From an uncultured Caldilinea sp. (lineage in GTDB: Bacteria > Chloroflexota > Anaerolineae > Caldilineales > Caldilineaceae): a stretch of 64,000 nt of DNA. Positions 21,336 through 30,785 of the stretch are shown here, one piece after another; position 1 is the first letter of the stretch, and the number at the start of each line of letters is the position of its first letter. The notes under the pieces are model-generated. The model searched no databases. It was not told where the DNA came from and saw nothing but the letters and a program-made list of their open reading frames with translations. Position numbers and translations under genes: made by a program. The DNA is taken from assembly GCA_964392295.1 (NCBI GenBank), contig CAYMQA010000020.1, forward strand, positions 13,372 through 77,371. The letters are read 5' to 3'.

Positions 21336-22700
21336 TCATTTGTCATTCGTCAGTAGCCGTCCGCCATTGTTGGCGTAAGCCGCGGCCTTCAGCCTTATTT
21401 CTGATTGTGCGACCAACTGACGCGCTCTTTCGACGCGGATTTGGCCTTCTTGCACCAGTTGGGCGGCAATGCGGTCTACCTCTGCCCCCTCGGCACCTGC
21501 GGCGACGGCGATCTGTCGCGCATGAAGGGCCATGTGACCCCGTTGGATGCCATCGGTGACAAGCGCACGCAGGGCAGCCAGGTTCTGTGCTAGACCCACT
21601 GCTGCCATCACCTCGCTCAAGGCGCGCGCACTTTGAATGCCCAAAATTTTCAACGCCACTTGCGCTACCGGATGGGCACGCGTCGCACCACCGACAATGC
21701 CCACTGCTAAGGGTAGTTCGAGGCGACCGTAGAGCAGTTTTGATGTTTCTGCGCTCGCTTCTTGCTGGATTACATGCCAGTCCGTCAGTGCGCGATAGTG
21801 TCCGTCGCGTGCGGCGTAGGCGTGTGCACCGGCTTCAATCGCGCGCCAGTCGTTGCCGGTAGCCAGCGCGACGGCATCGATGCCATTGAAGATCCCTTTG
21901 TTGTGGGTGGCCGCGCGGTAGGGATCGGCGACGGCAAAGGCATTGGCGTGCGCGATATTTTCGATCACTTCCTCGCCGGCCAATGTCTCTGTGGCAAAGC
22001 TTGCTGCCGGAATCGTAACTTCGGCCCATGCACGGCGTTGATCAGTAAGATTACTCAAGATGCGTAGCAAAGCCCGCCCACCACTCACCTGCTCCAGGGT
22101 AGGGGCAATGGTTTCTGCCGCGGTGTTAATGGCATTGGCTCCCATGGCATCGCGCGTATCAAAGAGCAGATGCACGATCAACATGGGGCCGGTGGGGGTT
22201 TGGGGCAAGGAGCGCACGCTAATATCCACTGGGCCACCCCCACGCGCGGTAATTGATGGGCTGGTATCCGCTTGCGCCAGCAACTGCGATTTGGCGGCCA
22301 GAATCGCGACTTCTGCGGCCAATACATCCGGCACATCCAGCAGTTGGATCTGGGCAATCATAATTGGCTCGGTGCTGCCCGTGCGAAAGCCACCACCACT
22401 GCGCATAACCCTGGCCGCATAGCTGACCGCAGCGACAATCGAAGGCTCTTCGACCACCATTGGGATCAGATAGTCGCGGTCGTTGATCAGGAAATTGGTT
22501 CCAATGCCCAGTGGAAGCGCATGGCGGCCAATCACATTTTCGATCATCTTATCGGCTTGTCCGATACTTAAGCCATTAACCAACACTGCTTGTTCGTCAG
22601 TAGTTAATGCTGCCCACTGGGCAACCAGCGCAACCCGTTCCTCGACACTTTTTTGATAAAAACCGCTCAGGCGCGAGGAGGGGGTTTGTTTCTTTGTCAT
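21336..22700 (-). CDS. mvaA: hydroxymethylglutaryl-CoA reductase, class II
   Basis: 454 aa with class II motifs ENVIG...PLG.GTNFLIN and PMVVEEPSIVAA. Confidence 0.85.
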   Translation of the reverse strand: MTKKQTPSSRLSGFYQKSVEERVALVAQWAALTTDEQAVLVNGLSIGQADKMIENVIGRHALPLGIGTNFLINDRDYLIPMVVEEPSIVAAVSYAARVMRSGGGFRTGSTEPIMIAQIQLLDVPDVLAAEVAILAAKSQLLAQADTSPSITARGGGPVDISVRSLPQTPTGPMLIVHLLFDTRDAMGANAINTAAETIAPTLEQVSGGRALLRILSNLTDQRRAWAEVTIPAASFATETLAGEEVIENIAHANAFAVADPYRAATHNKGIFNGIDAVALATGNDWRAIEAGAHAYAARDGHYRALTDWHVIQQEASAETSKLLYGRLELPLAVGIVGGATRAHPVAQVALKILGIQSARALSEVMAAVGLAQNLAALRALVTDGIQRGHMALHARQIAVAAGAEGAEVDRIAAQLVQEGQIRVERARQLVAQSEIRLKAAAYANNGGRLLTNDK

Positions 22701-22858
22701 TGATCCTTGGTCCTTTGACTTTGTTTCTTGATCATTGGCCCGTTGTCGTCAGTCAGTATTGCCAAATGACGAAGGGCAAAGAGCCAATGGCCCATAGTAT
22801 ACCAAAGGATGGCTATCACAACCTATCAAGTTGGCAAATGGCAGAAAATGGCAGAGGA

Positions 22859-24292
22859 TTATCCGCTAAAGGCAGTCCAGGCGCTGCGGATCGGCCCATC
22901 GAGCAATTGCGGGGCAATCGCCAGGCTAATCGCCAGTAGCAACATACAGAGTGCCAATACCACACTGACAGTCCGTTCGCGTAACAAGAAGCGGTTTTCT
23001 AGGGGACCAAAGAGGACACGCGTCAGGCGAACAAAACCCCAGATGGCCCCCACTGAGGCAAAGAGGACAATCGCTGCGGGCCGCCAGTCGTTTTCGGCAA
23101 TAATTTGCAGGGCTGTCCAATGACCGGTAAAGCCGGCGCTCAGGGGGAAGCCGGTTAAGCCCAATCCTCCCAGCAAAAACGCGGCACTATTCCACGGCAG
23201 GCGATTGCCGGCACCCTGCATCCGGTTGGGGGTCATGCTCCCCACATGTTGTTCTAAGGCCGACAAACCGGCGGCGGCGGTTAACATACTGACCACGCGC
23301 AAGCCAAAGAGAAAGAGTGCCAACGGCCAGGTGCGCAGGCCAGGCACAGCCAGAATCATAATGATCAAGCCCCAATCGTGCAGCGTGGCATAGCCCCACA
23401 GGCGACCAGGATGATTGGAACCGGCTGCTGCAATGCCTCCCCAAACCGTTGTCGCCAGGCCTGCCCAGGTCATCCACATTTCAAAAGGACCAATTTGGGT
23501 GACAAATGGAAATGGATTGATCACTCGGAAAAGTAAGTGCAGCAGAGAGAGCTGGTAGAGCAGGGTGACAAGCGCAGTAACGACCGGTGGCGCTGTTTGC
23601 GCGGTGATCGGTTGGGCGCTGTGCAAGGGGACTGGCATCAAGAGCAGTAGCAAGCCCAAGGTTAAGAGGCGTGCTGCCATAAGCTGGGCTGAACTATCCT
23701 GTGGATTGAGGGGAATCTGATCGATATACCAATAGGCAACCAGAAACAAAGGAAACGCCAGAATGGAGGGCACCAAGGTGCGCAGCGGACCCGCCGGGCT
23801 GGTCAAGCGGCCCGCTTGCAAAATGAAAATTCCTACACAATTCAGCGCGACCAAAAAAAGTGGTACCAGAAAAGGGGGGGCCAACGGCCCCGCAGTCATG
23901 AGGGTCATCCCAGTATATCCGGCCAGTAGAAGCAAGGTAAACGGAGCAAAACTGCGTCCTTGGCTAATGGCAACCGTCAGCAGAAATGCACCCGCCGCCA
24001 TAAAAAACGAAGTCACCAAAATCGGCGACGCGCCCGTTTGCAACTGAAAGGTAAAGCCCAACCGCGTCAAGGGTGCACTGACATCGATTACCCAACCCAC
24101 GATGGGCAGCGTTGTAAGCGGACTGCTCAGATCAAGCTGCCAAAGCCAGAACGCAACCCCACCTGTAAAAACAGCGGCCACTGCGCCAGCCAAAACCTCC
24201 CACCCGCGTAGCAGATAGGTGATCAACGCAACCGCAATGAGGCTGCCTACCAATAAGGCCGGTAAGGTCAACAAGCCACTCCCTACGTTCAT
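22859..24292 (-). CDS. divergent proton-conducting antiporter-like membrane protein (NuoN/MrpD superfamily)
   Basis: 477 aa with about 14 TM helices and a C-terminal LTGFPLSAGFTGHW motif resembling the G.PP.AGF motif of NuoN/M/L. The core HxWLP motif is degenerate. Confidence 0.6.
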   Translation of the reverse strand: MNVGSGLLTLPALLVGSLIAVALITYLLRGWEVLAGAVAAVFTGGVAFWLWQLDLSSPLTTLPIVGWVIDVSAPLTRLGFTFQLQTGASPILVTSFFMAAGAFLLTVAISQGRSFAPFTLLLLAGYTGMTLMTAGPLAPPFLVPLFLVALNCVGIFILQAGRLTSPAGPLRTLVPSILAFPLFLVAYWYIDQIPLNPQDSSAQLMAARLLTLGLLLLLMPVPLHSAQPITAQTAPPVVTALVTLLYQLSLLHLLFRVINPFPFVTQIGPFEMWMTWAGLATTVWGGIAAAGSNHPGRLWGYATLHDWGLIIMILAVPGLRTWPLALFLFGLRVVSMLTAAAGLSALEQHVGSMTPNRMQGAGNRLPWNSAAFLLGGLGLTGFPLSAGFTGHWTALQIIAENDWRPAAIVLFASVGAIWGFVRLTRVLFGPLENRFLLRERTVSVVLALCMLLLAISLAIAPQLLDGPIRSAWTAFSG

Positions 24293-25134
24293 GATGCTTT
24301 CCTTGGTGCCACGGGTGTTTCGCCGCTGATCGGCGGTGTAAGGGGTGGTTGGGGGTTACCGATGGGTAACCGACGTGGCGATGACTGGGTTGGTGGCTGT
24401 GATGACGGCTGTGCTGATGGTTGGGCCGGCTGTTGTCCTGGGAGTGGGTTTGGGGCCTGTAAGGCGTGCATCGGCGGCGCTGTGCTGGAAAAGGCAATAT
24501 CGGTGGGGGCAGCCGCGCTTTCCAAAACGGGCAGCCGCGCCGTCAACATGAGGTAGCTACAGGCCAATGCTGTCAGCAGTTGAATCATGCCGATCAAGAC
24601 AAAGAGGCGAAATTCAGGCAGCAAAATCTGAATAAAGGCTTGCACCGGAATAAACCAGAGCAAGAGCGCAACCCCCGTAAAGAGTGGCGTGTCACCCAGC
24701 CCAAGCATGATCAGCGCACACAGGGCAAGCCAGAGAAAAATTTGGGTAAGTGGTGGTGAAATCGTCGGCAATGCCAGATCAAAATCAAAAAGTTGCCAAC
24801 AGATCAGCAATAGCGCAACTGACATGACGCGCACAAACCAAGCACCGGGTCGTTGATAGGGAATGGCAAAACGAATTTGCTGGGCCGATAAGCCAAGCAT
24901 ACCCACACTCAGTAGCGTCACGAGCAATTGGACTTGCCCCCATTCCAAGTTAACTTGGTGTACTCTGGTCACCAGCACCACGATGCCCAGTTGAATCACG
25001 CACAGCCCAATCAAAAGCGTGCGCCATTCCCAGAACAGGAGCATGACTACCGTAATGCCAGCGATCGTCAAGATCCCCAGGCCAGAGGCAAAAAAGTTAA
25101 AGGTGACTAGAAGCCACGCGATCAAGGATTCCAT
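24289..25134 (-). CDS. polytopic membrane protein with a Pro/Gln-rich C-terminal tail (hypothetical)
   Basis: 281 aa with about 6-7 TM helices and the low-complexity tail PNPLPGQQPAQPSAQPSSQPPTQ. It is translationally coupled to both neighbours (4-nt overlap and 4-nt gap). Confidence 0.55.
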   Translation of the reverse strand: MESLIAWLLVTFNFFASGLGILTIAGITVVMLLFWEWRTLLIGLCVIQLGIVVLVTRVHQVNLEWGQVQLLVTLLSVGMLGLSAQQIRFAIPYQRPGAWFVRVMSVALLLICWQLFDFDLALPTISPPLTQIFLWLALCALIMLGLGDTPLFTGVALLLWFIPVQAFIQILLPEFRLFVLIGMIQLLTALACSYLMLTARLPVLESAAAPTDIAFSSTAPPMHALQAPNPLPGQQPAQPSAQPSSQPPTQSSPRRLPIGNPQPPLTPPISGETPVAPRKAS

Positions 25135-25138
25135 AGAT

Positions 25139-26875
25139 TTAATTCATTAACAGATAGCCAAGCAGTGCGAAAACGAGCAGCCACCCCATATAGCCGGCCC
25201 CTTCGACCACGCGCGTTACATTGCCCCAAAGTTCACTGGTATATTGCAATACCCACCAGCCTGAATTGAAGAGCCAATTCAATTGAATCAAGGTCTGTAA
25301 TCGATTGGCCCCGCCACCAATAATCGGCCAGATTTTGGGGCGCAGCCAGACCAACCCAAAGCCCAACAAAAGAGGGGCGGCCAGGGTAAACCAGATCGTT
25401 CCTTCTTTTGCCACAATACTGGGGGGATCGCCCAACCCTGGCGGAATCGCATTGGGCATGCTCGCCAAGGCAGCCACTGCACGCGGCAGAAATCCAGCGA
25501 TCGCCAGTGGCAAGCCGAGCGCCACACTCGCAACCAGCAGGCGCGCCTTGGCCCCCCCCGGGTTGAGGTCAGTCGGCGCTAGGCGCTCGACATCCTCCCA
25601 GCTACGGAGTAACGCGGCAATTTGTAAGCCTTGGGCAAGCACATAGACGCCAAAGAGCAATTGAAGCACACTGCCCGGTACCCACAACCGGGCCAGGGAC
25701 GGCTGGGCCAGAAAGCCAGGCGTTAACGGTACTCCGGCCAATGTGAGCGCGCCAATACTCACGGGCAACGTCCAGCCCCATCCCTGCCAGACGCGTTCAC
25801 CGACGAGCCACAAGCCACCTCCCAGCGCAAAAGCGGTGGTCGGCCAGATCATCGCACTCGGCCCTTCACTATAGGTCAACGCACCGGTCAGCGCCGCCAG
25901 CCCAGCCGATGATATCAGCACAAAGGAATGGTGATCGTTTTGATTGGTGGCGGTCCAGGCGGCTACGGCGCTACCTAATAATGCCAACAGGAAAACCGCC
26001 AACACATCCAAGCGCAGTAAAATATAGTCACGACCCAAGCCATAGGTCCAGCCTAACAGCCATAGACCACAGAGTGTCGGCACCATCTGTTCTAATAACC
26101 GCTCGGCGACGGTCACCTGTGTGCGCCTTTCGGGTAACAGCCACAAGTGAAAAGGATAGACCCCGGCGCGGATCAGCGCTGCCAATGCCAATAGCAACAC
26201 CGACTCTACCGGCAGCGTGCCCCCTTGAAATTCCTGACCAGGGCCTGTGGGGCCCGCGGGCAGCAGTGCGATCAACAGTAGCATGGCCCCGAGTAAACTC
26301 AGCCCGCGGTGATGTTCAATGGGGGCGTCATTTTGTGGGTCCGCCACGATTGGGCGAGTGGTGCTGCGCAGCAAGATGCAGACATCCAATAGCACCCAGG
26401 TCAAAATCGCGGTCAATAGATTGCCGCTACTGACAAAGAGCATCGCCGCCGCCAAGACAGCCAGTTGCACGGCGAGCGAGGTATGAATGCGCCGTCCTTG
26501 TTGCACATAATCACTGTTTAGATCGAGCAAAATGCCCAATCCACCCAGCAGCAGCACAAGGCCGGCAATATACCAATTCCAGCCGTCACTGATCCAATAG
26601 AGATTGGTGCCAACCTGTAAGATGGGACGCCAAGGATGACTAAAGGTGGGGACAACTGCGACCTGCGACCGTAGAAAAAGTAACAACCACCCGGCCATGC
26701 CAATAAAAAGTAGCGCTAACCCAGCCAACCACTCTGGGCGACGCAACCAGCGCCCAACCATGAGTGATAGCATAGCGCCCAATACCAGTAACAGCGATGG
26801 GCCAAGCGGTGAAATGAGAAAGTGAATAAGCGCCATAAGCTCCAAAATTCTAGCATAGGTGGTCAGCGTAGACAA
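25139..26875 (-). CDS. divergent proton-conducting antiporter-like membrane protein (NuoL/NuoM/MrpA superfamily)
   Basis: 578 aa with more than 14 TM helices. It keeps YPFHLWLLPE (compare PxHxWLP) and LAGVPLTPGF, but the usual Lys and PTPVSAL contexts are replaced. An alternative start is ATG 26836. Confidence 0.62.
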   Translation of the reverse strand: MSTLTTYARILELMALIHFLISPLGPSLLLVLGAMLSLMVGRWLRRPEWLAGLALLFIGMAGWLLLFLRSQVAVVPTFSHPWRPILQVGTNLYWISDGWNWYIAGLVLLLGGLGILLDLNSDYVQQGRRIHTSLAVQLAVLAAAMLFVSSGNLLTAILTWVLLDVCILLRSTTRPIVADPQNDAPIEHHRGLSLLGAMLLLIALLPAGPTGPGQEFQGGTLPVESVLLLALAALIRAGVYPFHLWLLPERRTQVTVAERLLEQMVPTLCGLWLLGWTYGLGRDYILLRLDVLAVFLLALLGSAVAAWTATNQNDHHSFVLISSAGLAALTGALTYSEGPSAMIWPTTAFALGGGLWLVGERVWQGWGWTLPVSIGALTLAGVPLTPGFLAQPSLARLWVPGSVLQLLFGVYVLAQGLQIAALLRSWEDVERLAPTDLNPGGAKARLLVASVALGLPLAIAGFLPRAVAALASMPNAIPPGLGDPPSIVAKEGTIWFTLAAPLLLGFGLVWLRPKIWPIIGGGANRLQTLIQLNWLFNSGWWVLQYTSELWGNVTRVVEGAGYMGWLLVFALLGYLLMN

Positions 26876-26975
26876 AAGCCGGGAACAGGCAACAGGTAAA
26901 CTGACTACCGGTCATTTGTCACTAGCTATCGCTTCTTGGCCACTCTTCACTCTTCCCTGTTCCTTGCTTCTTGCC

Positions 26976-29585
26976 TCACCACTGCAATAGCAGTTCAAAG
27001 CGCATGGGGTGTGCTTGCAACCACCCCGCAGGATCGACAAGGCGCAATTGAATTGATTCATCGGCCGCACGATAGAGGTTCAGCGGACGTTCCCCATAGC
27101 GCAGCAGGTCTTGAAGACGAACACGCGCCCGGGGACTTGCAAGATCGCCGATAAAGAGTTGGATGACCACATCGCGATCCATGCTTTGGACAATTGCCGG
27201 GTCAATCGTTGTGTGGCTCTCTGTTTGGCCCTCTGCTGTTGACAGGAGGCGCAGCGCAATGCCGGTCAATGTGATCGCTGCCGGTAGCATATCCTGTTGC
27301 CCCGATGGGTAGAGCACCATCTCCTGCTGGCTGCCAGTGACTTCACCCTGGAAGACAACCGCTTCACCGCCTGTGCGGTCGACAGTGCGGGGCACGGGCA
27401 AACTGCTGGCTGGTTGTGGTACTTCTGCTGACATTGACTTGGCAACAGATCGCTTGCCTAATCCCGTCGTCAGGTGCATGGCTGGGGCAGGCAGGGCCGA
27501 TGGCATGGACATTGCACCTATGCTGCGTACCATGGGCGCGGCACTCGCCACAAACCCTTGCGTGACAAATTCCTCGGACCAGCCAGCCGGCAGCGCATTG
27601 GCAACGGCTACCTGGCCTTGCACCCGTTGGCCCGCTTCTTGGCGCGTTGCCACAAAGGCTGTCTCGGTCGATGCCAATCCATAACGTAATGCCTCCTGCG
27701 CCAACAACTTGCGCAGCGCCGCAGCCAGTTGCTGGCGCGCATTCTCGGCATAGATGGCCGGCGCTTGTGTTGCCTGATCGCCCAAAACTGTGGCCGGCTC
27801 GTAGCCTAAGCGCGTAAGCTGGTCGGCGACTTGCGGGGGCGGCAGGCCAGCATTCACTAGATATTCCAGCCCACTGACACGGCGCGCCCCAAAGAGGGCC
27901 TGTAGATTGATCCTCGTTTCCTGCCGGTCGAGGGTGATAAATTGCTGGGCGATCACCGTCCCGTTCGCCAGTTGCAGGTCAACCTTTGTAGATTCACGAT
28001 CGGCGGTTGCTGCGTGGGTCTGAGGTAGCCGCCCAACAACCCACCGTGTCTGACCACCCATCAGATCACCCAGATCGACTAGGGTGGTCTGCGCTGTACG
28101 CTGGAGCAGTGCATGTTGATCGCCCAACGCAGCCTGTGGATCCTGAATTACGAGCTGAAGATTGACTGCAATCGGTGCTGCCCACGCGGCCAGCACCTCG
28201 TCCAATGCAGTCGTAATATCTTGCTGTTGTGGATCACTTGTCAAAAATTTGGCAACACCACCTCCCCGTTCTGCCAATTCCTGGGCCAGAAATGCGTTGG
28301 GCGCGGCATCAATACAGATGACATTGATCCGCCGCTTTGGGGACACTGCTCCCGCTTGATCGGCCAGCCGTAAGATGCGGTCGGCATCGGTGACCGCGGC
28401 GTCGGTCAAGATGAGGAGATGACGGGCCGCTTCGCCAGAGATGGGTGGCAAGTGCAGCGCTTGTTCCAGCGCCACGCCCAACTCTGTGCCGCCGCTGTCA
28501 CTGTTCTGTTTGAGCCAGGCAATCGCTGCGGCCACCGTCTGCCCGGTAGCTTGTTGCAGCCCAGGTGTAAACCAGCGGGTATCGTTGTGAAAAATGCCCA
28601 ACGCAAAATGATCGCTCTCTTGTAAGTCGCTGAGAAAACGTTCCACTGCCCAATCGGCGGCGGCCCACTTGGGACCACTCATAGAACCTGAATGATCGAC
28701 CAAGAGAATCACCTCGCGGCGTAAGGGCGCTTGGGCACCGCGGCGCGGTGGTGCAACCTGAGCCAAAAAGTAAAGTTGCCCGTCATCGGCCACCTGCCCA
28801 AAGAGCGCTAGGTGGGGTGTTTCACCGGCTTGTTGCCCACGCCATTGCAAGACAAAATCGCGATCGGGGATCGTTTCGCCACCCTGCAACGCTATTTGGG
28901 TATCATGCTCCGTCTCGGTAACGGCCAACGGATGGGTGGGGCTAGCTACGGCATCGGCCTTGTGCAAGTGCAGATCAAGCGCAAAACGATGACCTGGATC
29001 GCGCAGCAACGCCAATGGCTGTGCAGTGGCGGGGGGTGTGCCACGTTCATCACCGCGCGTATAGCGCGGCGCGGTGGTGAGGGGAACGCGCAGCGTCCAC
29101 CGTGCGCCTTCGCTGCGCGCCAGTTGAATATAGCGGGTTTCCACGACAATCGATTGATCGGGCTGAAGACCCGCTAGTTGCAAGGTGAAGACATCGGGCG
29201 CTTCACGGGTGGCCAACGCGGCTTGGCGACCATCCACTTTGGCTTCGGTATATGCGGTTTCTGCCGCCGCACGCGTTTTTAATGTTGCCACAATCTCGAC
29301 CTCGCCAAAGTGGACGGTGACGTGGGTGACTGCCGCGTCGCCTGGCAAGGGAAAGCGATAGCGCGCTTCGAGGGTTTGGGCACAGACCGCGCTGCTGTAG
29401 CCAAACGTCTGGCGCAGGCGCAGATCGGCCAGCGGACCAACAATTGTGCCGCGTAATTCACTGCGCTGCAAGGGAACAAACTTGCGCAACGGTGCACCCT
29501 CATTGCGCTCATTGTCCCTGCTGACAATTTCTAACACACCAACGCCAGCCGGTTGCGAATTTTCATAAATCGCTGCATGAAACAT
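26976..29585 (-). CDS. VIT (vault/inter-alpha-trypsin) domain plus von Willebrand factor A domain protein
   Basis: 869 aa with an N-terminal VIT-like region, a VWA domain with the MIDAS motif (VILLVDHSGSMSG) and a long C-terminal extension. Confidence 0.8.
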   Translation of the reverse strand: MFHAAIYENSQPAGVGVLEIVSRDNERNEGAPLRKFVPLQRSELRGTIVGPLADLRLRQTFGYSSAVCAQTLEARYRFPLPGDAAVTHVTVHFGEVEIVATLKTRAAAETAYTEAKVDGRQAALATREAPDVFTLQLAGLQPDQSIVVETRYIQLARSEGARWTLRVPLTTAPRYTRGDERGTPPATAQPLALLRDPGHRFALDLHLHKADAVASPTHPLAVTETEHDTQIALQGGETIPDRDFVLQWRGQQAGETPHLALFGQVADDGQLYFLAQVAPPRRGAQAPLRREVILLVDHSGSMSGPKWAAADWAVERFLSDLQESDHFALGIFHNDTRWFTPGLQQATGQTVAAAIAWLKQNSDSGGTELGVALEQALHLPPISGEAARHLLILTDAAVTDADRILRLADQAGAVSPKRRINVICIDAAPNAFLAQELAERGGGVAKFLTSDPQQQDITTALDEVLAAWAAPIAVNLQLVIQDPQAALGDQHALLQRTAQTTLVDLGDLMGGQTRWVVGRLPQTHAATADRESTKVDLQLANGTVIAQQFITLDRQETRINLQALFGARRVSGLEYLVNAGLPPPQVADQLTRLGYEPATVLGDQATQAPAIYAENARQQLAAALRKLLAQEALRYGLASTETAFVATRQEAGQRVQGQVAVANALPAGWSEEFVTQGFVASAAPMVRSIGAMSMPSALPAPAMHLTTGLGKRSVAKSMSAEVPQPASSLPVPRTVDRTGGEAVVFQGEVTGSQQEMVLYPSGQQDMLPAAITLTGIALRLLSTAEGQTESHTTIDPAIVQSMDRDVVIQLFIGDLASPRARVRLQDLLRYGERPLNLYRAADESIQLRLVDPAGWLQAHPMRFELLLQW

Positions 29586-29912
29586 GCCTGACCTCCTTTA
29601 TTGGGTCTTCTCTCCTTTGTCATTGGTCCTTTGTCACTTGGCTATTCACGCATAACCTATGGCTATTGACCAATCGACTTTTTTCATTATACCACACCCC
29701 AGATTGATGGATTTTATCTATTTGGGCGCAGCCCTAACCTCTTGTACAATAGGTGTAACAACCATAAGATGATATGCTTGGTGTAACAAAAAAGCGACAC
29801 AAGCTGGGCAACAGGCGAATCTCTATCCGATGTCTATCTGTTTCTCTATCATGATACCTACGCTTTCTGCTCCGAATCATTTTTACTATGGATTGTCACA
29901 TGCACGGGAAGT

Positions 29913-30785
29913 ATGGAAAGGCCCATGGCTGAAAAACGTTCGATCTATGAAAAAATTGCAAACCGATTCTTTGCGATTCCGGCGGTAGCGCAATTGTGGG
30001 CCAAGCGTTCGGCCACCCGCACACAGGGACTGGTTGATTTGTCTGGGGCCATTCCCTGGACACTGTTAAAGAAGCCGTTAAACCAGTGTACAGTCGCGCT
30101 GGTGACGACCGGTGGAATTCATCTGCCCACACAATCGCCCTTTGACATGGAAAATCCCGATGGTGATGCCTCTTATCGTGCCATCCCTGTGGATGTGGAC
30201 ATAGCGCAGATAACGATTACCCATAAATATTATGATCACACTGATGCTGACACCGATCTCAATGTGATTTTCCCGCTGACACACTTTCGCGATCTGGTCA
30301 CCCGCGGCGTGATTGGCGCGCTCGCACCGCGTCACTTTGGCTTTATGGGCCATATTGAGGGTACGCAATTACCGATTTTAAATGAGCGCACTGCTCCAGA
30401 GGTCGCGACAACATTGCGGGCAGATAAGGTGGACGTTGCTTTCCTCACCCCCGCTTGAGGACTCTGCAATCGGTCCGTGGGGCTGATCGCACGTGTTCTT
30501 GAAGCCGCCGGAATTTCTACGGTGAGCATTTCGTTGACCAAAGATTTGACCGAATCGGTAGGGGTGCCGCGCGCGGTTTTTGTCAGATGGCCTTTGGGTC
30601 ATCCCCTGGGCGAGCCAGGGCATACGGAACAACAGCGCACCCTGATTTTTGACGCGCTTCACTTACTCAAGACAGCGCAAACACCTGGTACTATTGCCGA
30701 ACCCGGCTATCGCTGGCGGCGTGAAAGTTATGCCGAACCCATGTGGGCGCGCTTGAATGATTCACGAGAGAATGGAATGTTATGA
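29913..30785 (+). CDS. GrdB/PrdB-family (glycine/sarcosine/betaine/D-proline reductase component B-like) protein with an in-frame TGA, read as selenocysteine
   Basis: Tracked ORFs 29913-30458 and 30477-30785 are in the same frame and are separated only by TGA at 30456-30458. The read-through product reads ...KVDVAFLTPA-U-GLCNRSVGLIARVLEAAGISTVSISL...PLGHPLGEP, matching my recollection of the GrdB Sec context (...LT.. U G.C.R....). A hairpin follows the TGA. Confidence 0.68.
30466..30490 (+). promoter_or_regulatory. candidate bacterial SECIS hairpin
   Basis: GCAAUCGGUC-CGUGG-GGCUGAUCGC begins 7 nt after the UGA. It has a 10-bp stem (1 mismatch, 2 G-U pairs) and a G/U-containing apical loop about 18 nt from the UGA. 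Confidence 0.45.

Noticed and set aside
21318-21350. TGACAAATGACAAGTGA motif between HMGR and HMGS as a regulatory site
   Set aside because: Most of it is the HMGR C-terminal coding sequence and stop codon (…T N D K *). The resemblance to the TGACAAAGGA leader motif may be coincidental.
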